From Balanoglossus misakiensis (taxonomy: Eukaryota > Animalia > Hemichordata): a stretch of DNA of 64,000 nt. Position 1 is the first letter of the stretch; every line of letters starts with the position of its first letter. Below, piece by piece: positions 11,301 to 21,439 of this stretch. Location: positions 15,724,550 to 15,788,549 of the forward strand of contig CM082579.2 in the NCBI GenBank assembly GCA_040954595.2, in the 5' to 3' direction. A program made the translations under genes and the position numbers. The notes beneath the pieces were generated by a model. That model saw only the letters and a list, made by a program, of their open reading frames with translations. It was not told the DNA's origin and did no database searches.

Positions 11301-14300
11301 TTTTTGAGTTGAATCCGTATGTTTCTTTGTTTATGGCACGTGTTTCTGGGTTTAGAAAGAAGTAGGCTTTCCAACTCATGCGTCTGCATAGGTGCTCGGT
11401 TTTTTCTATCAGTTTCCTGTTGTACTCACGTTCTGATGGTAGTCCGATGTTCTTCGTTGAATAGTCAAAACTTCTGGGTTCCATGACAGTGGTATTTGCG
11501 AAGAGTGCTCGACACAAAGGAGCGTAGTAATACGATTTGGGAGTTCGTTGCACGACGAATGCTTCAACACGGCCGCACCACTATACCAACAGGCCATCTA
11601 CAAAAGCGGATACAAACATGAACTGAAATTCACGCCGCCAACAGAACAACCACAAGCCCACAAGAGAAACCGCAGCAGGAACATAATATGGTACACCCCA
11701 CCGTACAGTAAAAACGTCGCCACACATATAGGGAGAGAGTTCCTCAAAATAATTAACGAAGAATTCCCACCAAGCCACACCCTCCACAAGATATTCAACC
11801 GGAACACAGTAAAAATAAGCTACAGCACCATGAGCAACACAGCACAAACCATCCAGAATCACAACAAATCGGTACTTTCCAGCAACAACGACAACAGCAC
11901 TAAACAACAATGCAACTGCCGGTCACCTGCAAACTGCCCAATGTCAGGACACTGCCTGACCGAATCAATTGTATACCAAGCCACCGTTACTACGCAGGAT
12001 AGCAAGCCAGACCAAACCTACGTCGGACTAACTGCCAACACCTTCAAGACCCGCTTCAACAACCACAAGGACTCATTCAGGAACGCCGCCAAAAAGAACA
12101 GTACAGAACTCAGTAAATACATTTGGAAACTAAAGGACGAGCACATAGAACACAAAATCACATGGAAAACAATAAAACAAGCTAGCCCCTATACCCCCAC
12201 CAGCAACAGATGCAACCTATGTCTTTGGGAAAAATATTTCATCATATGCAAACCAAAACTAGCCACACTCAACAAACGTAACGAACTCGTCAGCACATGC
12301 CGCCACTCCAGCAAATTCCTCCTGAAGAATCTGGCCAATCAGCACCCCTCCACACAGCCCCAATCAATACACACTCCCATTCAAATTTAATGACTAAATA
12401 TTTATTTTGAGTCCACAAATATGCAGTTTCGCGCCCTTTATTTTACAAAATTTTCTAATGTGGGAGGGGGACACCCCCTCCCACACCTACCCCCTCCATT
12501 CATCAACACCTTTTAATCATAGACTGGTTTATCTAGTGTCCCAGGTCAGGGGACTTGCCCCACCCCATGATAACTTTGAGCGACGACGGTTAAATTTGTC
12601 CTCCCCAACATACCGGTAGTTGAGTTAATTTGCTTTTGCCGGGTTCATTAAAATGCAGCTTTGAGCACCCCCTCCCAAACCCACCCCCTTCAATTCTCGG
12701 TTTACAATGTCTCCCAACACAGAATACAAATATATGTACTTAAAAAATAAAAACAATGTTCAGTTTTAATACCTACTGATGAGGGGAAACATCAAATTTG
12801 TTTGGTAAAGACAGGTGTCCATGTTCAGAAGGTCCGGTTTAGACAGGTTCAGACTGTACAATCAGTTAATTTGCTTACCAATGTGCCATACATAATTTGG
12901 TCCTTTACATCTGTACTCACGCCGTATTAACCGGCGATGCAGGCGTCGTTGAACGTTTATTGGATCCAGGATCCTAAGAAGTTTTCGTACAGTCTCCCTA
13001 CAAAAAAAGAAATCTATTTATTACATATTTTAATAAAATAAGAATAATCTGCAATTTAATTGAAATGAGATTTGTAATAAATCTGGGCCAAAGTTTTTAT
13101 TCAATGAGTGAAATAGATTTGACATTTGCACTTCAACTTTAGATTAGCAGGGAGAATTAGGAAACAAGTCCATCACCTGTTATTTTCTTGCCAAGGGAGC
13201 TTATTCAAATAGCATTTCCCTTACATCAATCAGCCATTTCAAATAAAAGACCCTTGTTGATGATATCAATGAACACTTATGTTTGCATTATTGTTTTTAT
13301 CATTCCAGTATTACAAAAAAAATTTTTTTACCTTTTAACCATCAATTGGTGCTTAGTTCTCAGGATAGCTAGCATTTCATTTGCTCCAACAATGCAGCCA
13401 GACCCTGTATTCAGTTCTGTCTGTAAATGAATAAAGGAAAGGATGGTTGGATAGATTGATAGATGTGTGAACAAATGAATGAACACATTCAATATTAGAA
13501 TAGCTGACATTCACAGTTGAAAAAATTAGTTAATAAAATGTGACATAAATCGAATACTTTTGAAATTGCTTCTAATCCATGCAAGTGGTAGAACACAAAC
13601 AACTGACATAAATGAATTAATTTCCTAGCAACAATGTCCCTCGCATATCTGCCCAAATGACAAAAGGGTGACCAGGAAAATGGAGTTCTTCTGCAAGATG
13701 TTCAGAATTTGATTTTAATTTGTTATACTGAATGTGTGCAATTAAGTCAGACTTGGGAAGTGGTGTCACTAATTAAATGTAGGTTAGGGTAAAGAGCTTA
13801 ACATACAAGCACAGCAGAAACAATGTCATCAAAAGATGACTGTGCTCTTCTCCCTTTTCGATAGAGTCCAAGGTGATGGAGGAATTTGCGCTTGAAGTAT
13901 GAAAACCTACAGAGTCAAAATAAAGTGAGAGTGAGTTGTACACTAAAGGGATAACATAAAAGGAAGAGACTGGTCATTACACAATTTCCAAGTAACAGAT
14001 AATAAAATAATGTAAGTTTACCACTCAAAAGTAAAGTTATTATGTTTTTAATGCTGTTTACCTCAAACGGAATCCATGTTGTTTTACCATTACATAATAA
14101 ATTAATTTGTGTGTATAACCATACGAGAAATACTTCTTAATGAGTTCCCTTTGCTCTGTAAGAAAATAATATTCACAAGTGACTTGTGTAAAATTGGCAA
14201 TCTAACATAAAAGGAAATTATCTATCTGTTTGCATTAAATGCAGTATTTTGGTTTCAGGTTTTAGGTGTACATGTACCCCTATTCTACAGCTTTGAAGAG

Positions 14301-14838
14301 CCAACCCCATCAAGGAACCATTCTGTTTTTTATCTAAGCATTAAATAGTGGTTTCATATATCCATGTAAATGCTGTTGTTTCATAAGAATTGGCCAGTTA
14401 TTGTGCTATTTCCCAATTCATTCTAATGCTAGTTTGCATAGCTAAGTGCCAGTAAACAGTTAATTTGCCAGACTTCACCAACATAATAATAATTCATTGT
14501 AGCAATCTAACACTGAGTGGGAAATAAATGGGAATTCAATTTCAACAAAATTAATCTGATTATTGCTGAATTTTAAAAGCTGAGAATTTCATCATGTTTA
14601 AATGCTGAACAAGAAACTGAAATAAACTGAGAACATAATAGTTGCTAGCCTGGTCTCCATACCCTGTGTGTTTTATAGATAGACTCGCACACTAGGTATG
14701 GATACCAGGCTATAGTTGAAATCTTAAGACACAGTAAAGCTTCAAATCTGATCAATGCCTTTCCTTCTTTCAATGTTTAGAAAGAACATGTAAAGTAACG
14801 TCATAAAATTCATAATGAAACTTACCTAGAGTAGCCAT
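7047..14838 (-). CDS. Spliced DDE integrase-core/transposase gene (IS3EU-like); 3' exons lie beyond the LINE, outside the window
   Basis: GT-AG exons 14838-14826, 14155-14062, 13906-13807, 13420-13332, 12997-12879, 7910-7856, 7642-7545 and 7183-7047 join in phase without stops: MATLEQRELIKKYFSYGYTHKLI...RETVRKLLRILDP...RREYRCKGPNYVWHIDGYDKLSPYGFAIHGCIDGFSRRVLWL...NNDP...GCPRILRADHGTE...GPSTANQ. Exon 1 is the least certain. Confidence 0.85.
7934..8254. mobile_element. Palindromic foldback MITE with ~148-bp arms
   Basis: atgtcatacatgcctaaat... at 7934 is the reverse complement of ...atttaggcatgtatgacat ending at 8254. Short central spacer near 8083-8095. Confidence 0.8.
8253..8317. repeat. (TA)n microsatellite
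   Basis: About 32 perfect TA units. Confidence 0.98.
8319..9092. mobile_element. Non-autonomous PIF/Harbinger-type MITE
   Basis: TIRs GGCTGCATTCACAAACACCTCTGGAGGGGGG / CCCCCCTCCAGAGGTGTTTGTGAATGCAGCC, flanked by TAA on both sides (8316-8318, 9093-9095). No ORF. Confidence 0.8.
9200..9262 (-). ncRNA. Type I hammerhead ribozyme in the Penelope pLTR/3' UTR
   Basis: Minus strand reads AGGC-auca-GUAU CUGACGA GUGUAG-gccccg-CUUACAC GAAA CUG-aa-CAG UA AUAC-acc-GCCU. It has the conserved core, stem II, a short stem III and a bulged stem I. Confidence 0.85.
9322..11553 (-). CDS. Penelope-like RT plus GIY-YIG endonuclease, with a Cys-rich linker (Neptune-like)
   Basis: 743-aa ORF: KPTCRLI, FDVVDFYPSI, MGSYDGAE, YRDDGL, FLD; linker CNCRSPANCPMSGHC; IVY...YVGLT...FKTRFNNH; CNLCLWEK. 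The true start may be the Met at ~11484. Confidence 0.92.
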   Translation of the reverse strand: MQRTPKSYYYAPLCRALFANTTVMEPRSFDYSTKNIGLPSEREYNRKLIEKTEHLCRRMSWKAYFFLNPETRAINKETYGFNSKKTPPQIQELVSFEGRLLNMIENIKFQNINCRFQRQLASDVSKIKKSQDLLVPADKSNNFYKMDPPSYNTLLSKNITKSYKKVPPETTKMIETDAAHIAAKLDLGDRINTTAKREAFITLKDHKPNFKNKPTCRLINPAKSEIGKISKQILDRINKKVITKTGLNQWKSTKAVLKWFNSIPNKHQYSFIAFDVVDFYPSISADLLNTALEFASNHDNITNDEKEIITHAKRSCLFNENEQWTKKSSSNLFDVTMGSYDGAETCELVGTFILHEITKKHGNQFGLYRDDGLGIIKASARQVERKKKDLCAIFNQYGLKITIEANKKIVNFLDTTLNLTTGKYQPYTKPNNIPQYVHSKSNHPPGILKNIPESINKRLSEISYDDECFNTAAPLYQQAIYKSGYKHELKFTPPTEQPQAHKRNRSRNIIWYTPPYSKNVATHIGREFLKIINEEFPPSHTLHKIFNRNTVKISYSTMSNTAQTIQNHNKSVLSSNNDNSTKKQCNCRSPANCPMSGHCLTESIVYQATVTTQDSKPDQTYVGLTANTFKTRFNNHKDSFRNAAKKNSTELSKYIWKLKDEHIEHKITWKTIKQASPYTPTSNRCNLCLWEKYFIICKPKLATLNKRNELVSTCRHSSKFLLKNLANQHPSTQPQSIHTPIQM
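11552..12390 (+). pseudogene. Inverted copy of the Penelope GIY-YIG region
   Basis: 280-aa ORF matching the C-terminus of 9322-11553 apart from K>Q (STKKQ/STKQQ) and the junction residues. Confidence 0.92.
12386..12794. repeat. Inverted copy of MITE-internal segment 8551-8959
   Basis: 409-bp reverse-complement match. The identical 70-aa spurious ORFs at 8726-8938(-) and 12407-12619(+) confirm it. Confidence 0.93.
14646..14712. repeat. Small hairpin / mini-MITE in intron 1
   Basis: tagcctggtctccatacc ... ggtatggataccaggcta inverted arms. Confidence 0.65.
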
Positions 14839-15139
14839 AATTCTCATCAGCAACAGTTGCCTTGGAGTAGCATGTTGATCTTATGCGCATGCTCTGTACG
14901 AACATCGGTTGACCATATGATAACAAACGTAAAAATTATAATTTGCTAATAACAATAATTTATTTAAAATATCTAAGCCTATAACGTTGAAAGACTTTTA
15001 GCTCAGTGTTCTAACAAATGCATGGGAGACCTAGCAGCAGTTCAGCATCTCGAGATTTTGCCTTGTGATTTACTCTTTGACTACAAAACCTTAACTAAAG
15101 AGGAGACCGAGAAGAAAAAGCCGCTGTCCAAAATCGCCG

Positions 15140-15404
15140 ACAACTCTTTAGCTGAAACGCCAATGCGCATGTGTAGAATGCCGGTGCGACAAAACTCTCC
15201 AGAAACGCCGATGCGGGAAAACTCTTTAGCTGAAACGCCAATGCGCATGTGTAGAATGCCGGTGCGACAAAACTCTCCAGAAACGCCGATGCGAGAAAAC
15301 TCTAGCTGAAACGCCGATGCGACAACTCTCCAGAAACGCCGATGCGACAACTCTGTAGAAACGCCGATGCGACAACTCTGTAGAAACGCCGATGCGACAA
15401 CTCA
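15140..15404. repeat. Minisatellite of ~25-26-bp units (aactctNNagaaacgccgatgcgac) including a 78-bp duplication
   Basis: gacaactc at 15321, 15346, 15371 and 15396; 78-bp copies start at 15142 and 15220. Confidence 0.9.
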
Positions 15405-18246
15405 TCAAATCACCGGTTGTGATTTTGTCGGCGCCGGTAGATTGAGTAAAGGTGTCGGCAAAAATTTGGTTGTTACCGGCATTTTAGATTACGGCGTCGG
15501 CACCCAATGTGCGTCATATTTTCAGCATATGCGTTCCTATCGTTTGTCTATGGACTTTACCCATGTATTGAGAGAAGTTGTCGGGGGTCCCCAACGGCTT
15601 TCCATAACAGACACTAGCGTTCGTTAGCAACGGTAATCAAGTCGGATTTCCTTCGGCCTGGCTCTGCAAAAGACCCGACACTCTAGTACAAAGACGTTGG
15701 CTAAGTCGGGCAAACCGAACAGGGAAAGTCACAGCGGGTCAACACTCGACATTTGTTCCGGTAGGACAAATCACTGCATTATTGCCTGTCAATTTATAGA
15801 GAAAGCCCGAATTTAACCAGGGCGTTTCAAACACCGACGTTAGTTGGGGCACGGCCTGCAGTACTGCCGGGTAAGCTGACATCAGCGTACCGCATATAAT
15901 GTAGGGGGGGGGGGAACAGAACGGTTAAATACTACATTTATCAGATATCAGCTAATTTTGGACAATCATCTAAAATGTAAATCATCTTTTCATATTTGGA
16001 TATCTGATGATGTATGACATTTCCATTATATGTAAAAATGGTGCTGATTATAAAAATGCACTCTGAATGAGCTGATTTAATGCAAAATTGCGTTTTATTC
16101 GTTTTTGCACCAAAAAGGTCATTTTTAGGCAAAATATTCTTTATTTTTTTAATTCGGTGACCTGATCATATATAAACAATTGCTTGTATGTTAAAAGTTT
16201 TTATGACTTTTAAAAGCAGTGACACTGGCGGCATTCAACACGAAAATAACAATTTTAGCCACAATTTGGTCAAAATGGTAAATTTTTGAAAATTACAAAA
16301 AATACCTGTTTTCTACATTTTCGGAAATCTGATGGAGTATAGAATGCTCTTCGTATGTATATATCGATACAAATTCCACAAAAGACCGTCTAATTTGGCT
16401 CACTGCAGACAAAATTGCGTTTTACAAAATTTTCCTTGAAAATGTCATTTTTAGAAAAAAAAAATTAAAAAACCTTTTATCTTCGAATTTGGTGCCCTGA
16501 TCATATATGACATGTTGATTGTATGTTAAAACTTTCGACCACTCCAAAAATGCAGGGATATTGACGGAATTCAAGAAAAAATAGTCATTTTGGCCATATT
16601 TTGACAAAAATGGTAAATTATTAAAAAATCATAAAAAATTAACTCTTTTCTTCATTTTCGGAAATATTATGGAGCATGAAGTGTCGTTCTCTTCTAAAAA
16701 GTGCTGCAAATTCCAGAAAAGGCGGTATAATTTGAATCACCCAAGACAAAATTACCATTTTCGACTTTTTTTCGAAATATTGTTTTTTTACAAAATAAAT
16801 AAGAATAAATTCTTTTCTTAGTTTCAAACAGGTAGAGATACTTTCCACACGGGTTTTCTAACATTGAATTCCCGTTCATCAACTCAGATTTCCTACAGCA
16901 TAAGTCGGCTAAAACCCTGAGACTTTAGAGCAGAAACAGTTGCACACTGGTAACGTTGAACAAGTCGATTTTTCTACGGCCTGGCTCGGCTAAATCTCCG
17001 TCACAATATGACAGACACTATCGTACGTTAGCAACGGTGATCAAGTCAGATTTTCTACGGCATGGCTTGGATAAAGCCCCGGCACTAGAGCAGAAACACG
17101 CGTACAGAGACCACGTTGATCTACTCACATTTCCTTCGGCCTGGCACGGCTGATGCCCCGGCACTATATATAGGACACAGACTGGCGTAAGTTAACAACG
17201 GTAATCACGTCGGGTTTCCTACGGCCTGGCTCAGCTGAAGCCCCGGCGCTCTAGAGCAGAAACAGGCGTACATTGACCACGTTGATCAAGTCAGATTTCC
17301 TACGGCGTGACTCGGCTGGTGCACCGGCTCTATATGACACAGACTGGCGTAAGTTATCAACGGTGATTACGTCGGATTTCCTACGGCCTGGTTTAGCTGA
17401 AGCCCCGGCACTTTAGAGCGGAAACTCGCGTACATTGACCACGATGATCAAGTCAGATCTCCTACGGCCTGGCTCGACTAAAACCCCGGCACACCATGAC
17501 AGACACTAGCGTTCGTTAGCAACGGTGATCAAGTCGGATTTCCTTCGGCCTGGCTCTGCAAAAGACCCGACACTCTAGTACAAAGACGTTGGCTAAGTCG
17601 GGCAAACCGAACAGGGAAAGTCACAGCGGGTCAACACTCTACATTTGTTCCGGTAGGACTGCATTATTGCCTGTCAATTTATAGAGAAAGCCCGAATTTA
17701 ACCAGGGCGTTTCAAACACCGACGTTAGTTGGGGCACGGCCTGCAGTACTGCCGGGTAAGCTGACATCAGCGTACCGCATATAATGTAGGGGGGGGGGGG
17801 ACAGAACGGTTAAATACTACATTTATCAGATATCAGCTAATTTTGGACAATCATCTAAAATGTAAATCATCTTTTCATATTTGGATATCTGATGATGTAT
17901 GACATTTCCATTATATGTAAAAATGGTGCTGATTATAAAAATGCACTCTGAATGAGCTGATTTAATGCAAAATTGCGTTTTATTCGTTTTTGCACCAAAA
18001 AGGTCATTTTTAGGCAAAACATTCTTTATTTTTTTAATTCGGTGACCTGATCATATATAAACAATTGCTTGTATGTTAAAAGTTTTTATGACTTTTAAAA
18101 GCAGTGACACTGGCGGCATTCAACACGAAAATAACAATTTTAGCCACAATTTGGTCAAAATGGTAAATTTTTGAAAATTACAAAAAATACCTGTTTTCTA
18201 CATTTTCGGAAATCTGATGGAGTATAGAATGCTCTTCGTATGTATA

Positions 18247-18507
18247 TGTAGTAAATACCGGTTACTAACCTGGTAGGTACTACGGGTTGTCTTATTCCGG
18301 GCCACAGAGTTTTGCTTGGTACTGGTAGTCAGTCCTGGTAGCGTGTTGCTCTGATGCTGGTCCGGGTCGTTCTGGTTCTGATAGTTGAGAAACGTGGGTA
18401 AAAACCAGTAGCACAGGTGCAGGGCATTCCGTAGTGCAATTACGTCAGAGGCGTCCCACCTGTACAGCAGGGCGCCACCAACGGCCAGAAGCCCACAAAT
18501 TACTACA
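18247..18507 (-). repeat. 3' LTR
   Basis: tgtagtaaatacc...aattactaca; by eye 2 substitutions and 1 indel versus the 5' LTR. Confidence 0.96.
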
Positions 18508-18528
18508 CTCTTCCCACTTTTCTTTTTT
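18508..18528 (-). promoter_or_regulatory. Polypurine tract
   Basis: AAAAAAGAAAAGTGGGAAGAG directly before the 3' LTR. Confidence 0.88.
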
Positions 18529-18629
18529 GGCAGGATGGTCAACCTAGGGATCTCAAAAGGCTAGAGAAGTTAACGTATTTTTCCCACCCCTGCAATCTGC
18601 CAACCTCATGGTCTTGGCGAGATTGATCC

Positions 18630-21404
18630 CTAGTGATATAGACGTCTGGTGTTACGGACAGTTGCTTCAAGAAGGTGCACTAGATCAGTCCCCCTTGAGT
18701 TAGCAACAGCCACGGCCACATCCCCTATAAGAGCTGGAGTACTGGTTACATCACGAGGGCCCCCAAGATACGGCGAATCTGTTTCGATTAACAGACGCTC
18801 GATGGGCACCTCCTTCAAAGCTCGAATCTGGCAACGGTCAAATTTGGTGGTCGTGATGGAGAAACCGAAGTAACAATTCTTGAAGCGCTTCGACCACCTT
18901 TGAACAGTGTTGACCGTACCAGTAAAATTGTGGATATGTATTTTCTGCCGTGGCGAACACCATTCCTGTACTAATTGCAATGCTTGGCAATGCACATCTG
19001 ACCCATACTGGTCCCCATATGGCCCTCTAATGTGCAGGACTAAGGGTTTCTCAGGCACACACATGGCAAGTGCTCGAGAGAGAACCCTGTCTTGGGCGCT
19101 CCCGTATTTACTTGGCTCTGTGCGGTCGAGACCCACCTCCCCAAGGGCGGCTACCTGTGTGCTCGTGACAAGCCGCTTGAGGGCTTTAAAGGTCCTTTCG
19201 TCGGCTCTTGGAGCTTTCCTTGGATGGATCCCGATGGCGATACTCCAACCTTTGGGCCGGTTCAAATCCATGGGGTAGTACTCCGGATCGCAAAAGACCT
19301 CGACGCCCCCAATGATGTTGACAGGAAAATTCGCCCTTGGGCCATTATGCCAGTTAACCAAAGCTACTGATGTTGCAGGGCAGTCCCTACCGCGAAATCG
19401 AGCCAGTGTTCGGTCAAGATGAAAGTGGGAATCCATGGCTTCCAATAGACTGTCTGATTGTAGATAATCCTGTGCTGTCCCCTGTAACTCTTGCTCAATA
19501 GGTTGGTCAGCTTGGGATTCTATTGTAATTGAGTCCAGTATCACGTATTCAACCGGGAGCTCAATTTCTGATGGTGGGATCGGGACTGAGTCCTGTATCA
19601 CGTGATCAACAGGTTGCTCAGCCTGTGGGATCCTTTCAGTACAGTCTAATGGAATTTCTTTCTCTACTTGATCACCCCATGAGATTCCCTGGGACGTGGA
19701 GTCCTGTATCACGGATTCAACAGGTTGTTCCATTTCTCCCATACCTATAATCATTGCCAAGTCTTGGTGTGCGTCCTCCACATGGATCGGACTATTTCCT
19801 GAGGCTACAGGTGAATATGTGATCTCCCTCGCATGAGTTGGAGATTGGAACTCACCTTCATTTTCGGAAACCATTTCCTGGTCGACACAGGAGCCAGTCT
19901 CCCCCCTAGGGGTAGGTGACCGCGGCTCGCCGTGATCTGCCTCAGGATTCTCTGTTACCATTTCCTGGTCTGCACTTGGCGAGCAGGAGACAGTCTCCCC
20001 CGTAAGGGTAGGTGACTGAGGATCTCCGTGCTCTGCCTCGGGGCCTTCCAGTTCCGGCATCGGATGACATGGTGAATGCGAGGTGATCTCCGCCACTGGG
20101 GTGGGAGACCGGGACTCACCATGCTCCCTTGGGGGTACCACGGGTTGGAAGGCTTCCCGCTGCTCCTCAGTCAGGTGCGAAAGGAGGATGACGAGAATCC
20201 TCCAATGCAGCAGGACGGCTGGTGAATTCGGTGGGTGCAGCGAGAATCGTCGTGGTACGGCCCATCCGCTGGTCTGGCACAGTCGCTTCATCATCAGACA
20301 GTTGGCTTCGGTGAGCGCAGAGGATGCTGGGACTTCTTCCAAGTGATGTTGCAGGAAGTACTCCAGCAGCTTGGTGACAGTTCCTCTGGGGCCCAAAACC
20401 CAGCCCGCCAGCTTCAGCAGGGCATGAGTAACATCAGCTGTCTGCATGATAAGGGGGTTTTCCTGTAGACGGGGGTCGATATGGTAGAAGAAGCAGTGCC
20501 GTTTGAGACGTTTGGAGGTCTGCCCACATCCTGGAATAGGGCAGGTACATGAGCGGCTGTTGGTAGATTTTCTGCTTCTTCTACCCCTACAGGAATTGGT
20601 CGCCGCAGTCGTGGTGGTCTTTGACTTCGGCACCCCCTTCGGCTCCTGTGCCATCCATACAACGGAGCGTCGCCGCCGCTTCCTGTCACGCTGTATGGTC
20701 ACCTCCAAACGAGATTCCTCACCCCGCTCTCGCTTCTTTGGTTTAGTGGCCGCCATCTTCTGCGTTCCTCTCCATGGCTGGCTTGATGTCTTTCGTGGTG
20801 GCTCACGGGGGGTACTTTTCCGTGGCTCTGCCAGGGGTCGCCGCGCAGCTACTGCTGAGTACAATTCACGGGGCGCTGCAGAAGATGGTTGTGTCGATGT
20901 TCTTCGGGGTGAGGATGCCCGCGATGTTGAGGCGATGGAGGTGACTGGGTCCCTGCCTTGCATGGTGTCTTCTACTACAACCGTCTCCCCCGACTTCTTC
21001 AGCAGGTGCTTGACAGTCGGGAGATCGGGCTGCGTCTGTAGGCGAACATCACGGCAGGGTCCAGACGTGACGGTACTGCTGGGACGGGACTTCCGTTGCG
21101 GGATCCTGTTCTTATGCGGATCCCGATGGAGAAGATGCTTGTACAGCCATTCCTCGGAGAAGATCACATCGGCTTCGCGGCGTGTAGTCTCCACCCAATG
21201 CCAATGGCCTCTCCGAGATGCTAGTTGATACTGGCGTAACAGCATCCTCTCCTTTTCAGGGAGCGTGACCTTGGCCAGCCCGATGCCGTAGGTGAGGTCG
21301 AGTGGTGGAAGCAGAATCCGTTTCCGGTCTGCCTCCACCACTTCTTGCCAGGTCATATGCTGCTTCTTAGGGCGAGGTCCCCCGCGATACCGCTGGGAGT
21401 CCAT
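18630..21404 (-). CDS. Gypsy ORF3 (924 aa): basic N-terminus, C2H2-like finger, acidic S/P-rich repeats and C-terminal TatD-family nuclease
   Basis: AMDSHFHLD, IGIHP, ALGEVGLD, PLVLHIR, IHIHNFTG, CYFGFS, ERLLIETDSPYL and NTRRLY are the TatD motifs in order (~19440-18630). CPIPGC...LKRHCFFYH lies upstream. The first ATG is at 21404. Confidence 0.9.
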   Translation of the reverse strand: MDSQRYRGGPRPKKQHMTWQEVVEADRKRILLPPLDLTYGIGLAKVTLPEKERMLLRQYQLASRRGHWHWVETTRREADVIFSEEWLYKHLLHRDPHKNRIPQRKSRPSSTVTSGPCRDVRLQTQPDLPTVKHLLKKSGETVVVEDTMQGRDPVTSIASTSRASSPRRTSTQPSSAAPRELYSAVAARRPLAEPRKSTPREPPRKTSSQPWRGTQKMAATKPKKRERGEESRLEVTIQRDRKRRRRSVVWMAQEPKGVPKSKTTTTAATNSCRGRRSRKSTNSRSCTCPIPGCGQTSKRLKRHCFFYHIDPRLQENPLIMQTADVTHALLKLAGWVLGPRGTVTKLLEYFLQHHLEEVPASSALTEANCLMMKRLCQTSGWAVPRRFSLHPPNSPAVLLHWRILVILLSHLTEEQREAFQPVVPPREHGESRSPTPVAEITSHSPCHPMPELEGPEAEHGDPQSPTLTGETVSCSPSADQEMVTENPEADHGEPRSPTPRGETGSCVDQEMVSENEGEFQSPTHAREITYSPVASGNSPIHVEDAHQDLAMIIGMGEMEQPVESVIQDSTSQGISWGDQVEKEIPLDCTERIPQAEQPVDHVIQDSVPIPPSEIELPVEYVILDSITIESQADQPIEQELQGTAQDYLQSDSLLEAMDSHFHLDRTLARFRGRDCPATSVALVNWHNGPRANFPVNIIGGVEVFCDPEYYPMDLNRPKGWSIAIGIHPRKAPRADERTFKALKRLVTSTQVAALGEVGLDRTEPSKYGSAQDRVLSRALAMCVPEKPLVLHIRGPYGDQYGSDVHCQALQLVQEWCSPRQKIHIHNFTGTVNTVQRWSKRFKNCYFGFSITTTKFDRCQIRALKEVPIERLLIETDSPYLGGPRDVTSTPALIGDVAVAVANSRGTDLVHLLEATVRNTRRLYH

Positions 21405-21407
21405 GAT

Positions 21408-21430
21408 CTGTACAAGAAAGAATAAGAGAC
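21408..21430 (-). promoter_or_regulatory. 3' splice acceptor upstream of ORF3
   Basis: GTCTCTTATTCTTTCTTGTACAG|ATCATGGAC: polypyrimidine tract plus CAG, 3 nt before the ATG and just after the pol stop. Confidence 0.7.
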
Positions 21431-21439
21431 ATGATGAGG

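Larger units (their letters stand above)
9093..12386 (-). mobile_element. Penelope-like retroelement with a short 5' pLTR remnant and an inverted 5' segment
   Basis: RT plus GIY-YIG ORF. The 25-bp direct repeat taatacgatttgggagttcgttgca occurs at 9093 and 11528. 11552-12386 is the reverse complement of 9326-10160. Confidence 0.9.

Noticed and set aside
12803-12858. Possible Tc1/mariner-type MITE end (...gacaggttcagactgta)
   Set aside because: Only one short end is visible and no partner TIR was found, so it is not called as a feature.
15022-15627. Short ORFs over the minisatellite
   Set aside because: Their repeated peptides simply reflect the 25/78-bp DNA repeats.
18630-19440. TatD as bacterial contamination or an ordinary host TATDN gene
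   Set aside because: It is intronless, fused into a long ORF, and enclosed by LTRs, PPT and TSD within eukaryotic satellite.
20503-21228. 241-aa plus-strand ORF and other antisense ORFs over Gypsy, Penelope and Ngaro genes
   Set aside because: Shadow frames of real genes with no motifs.
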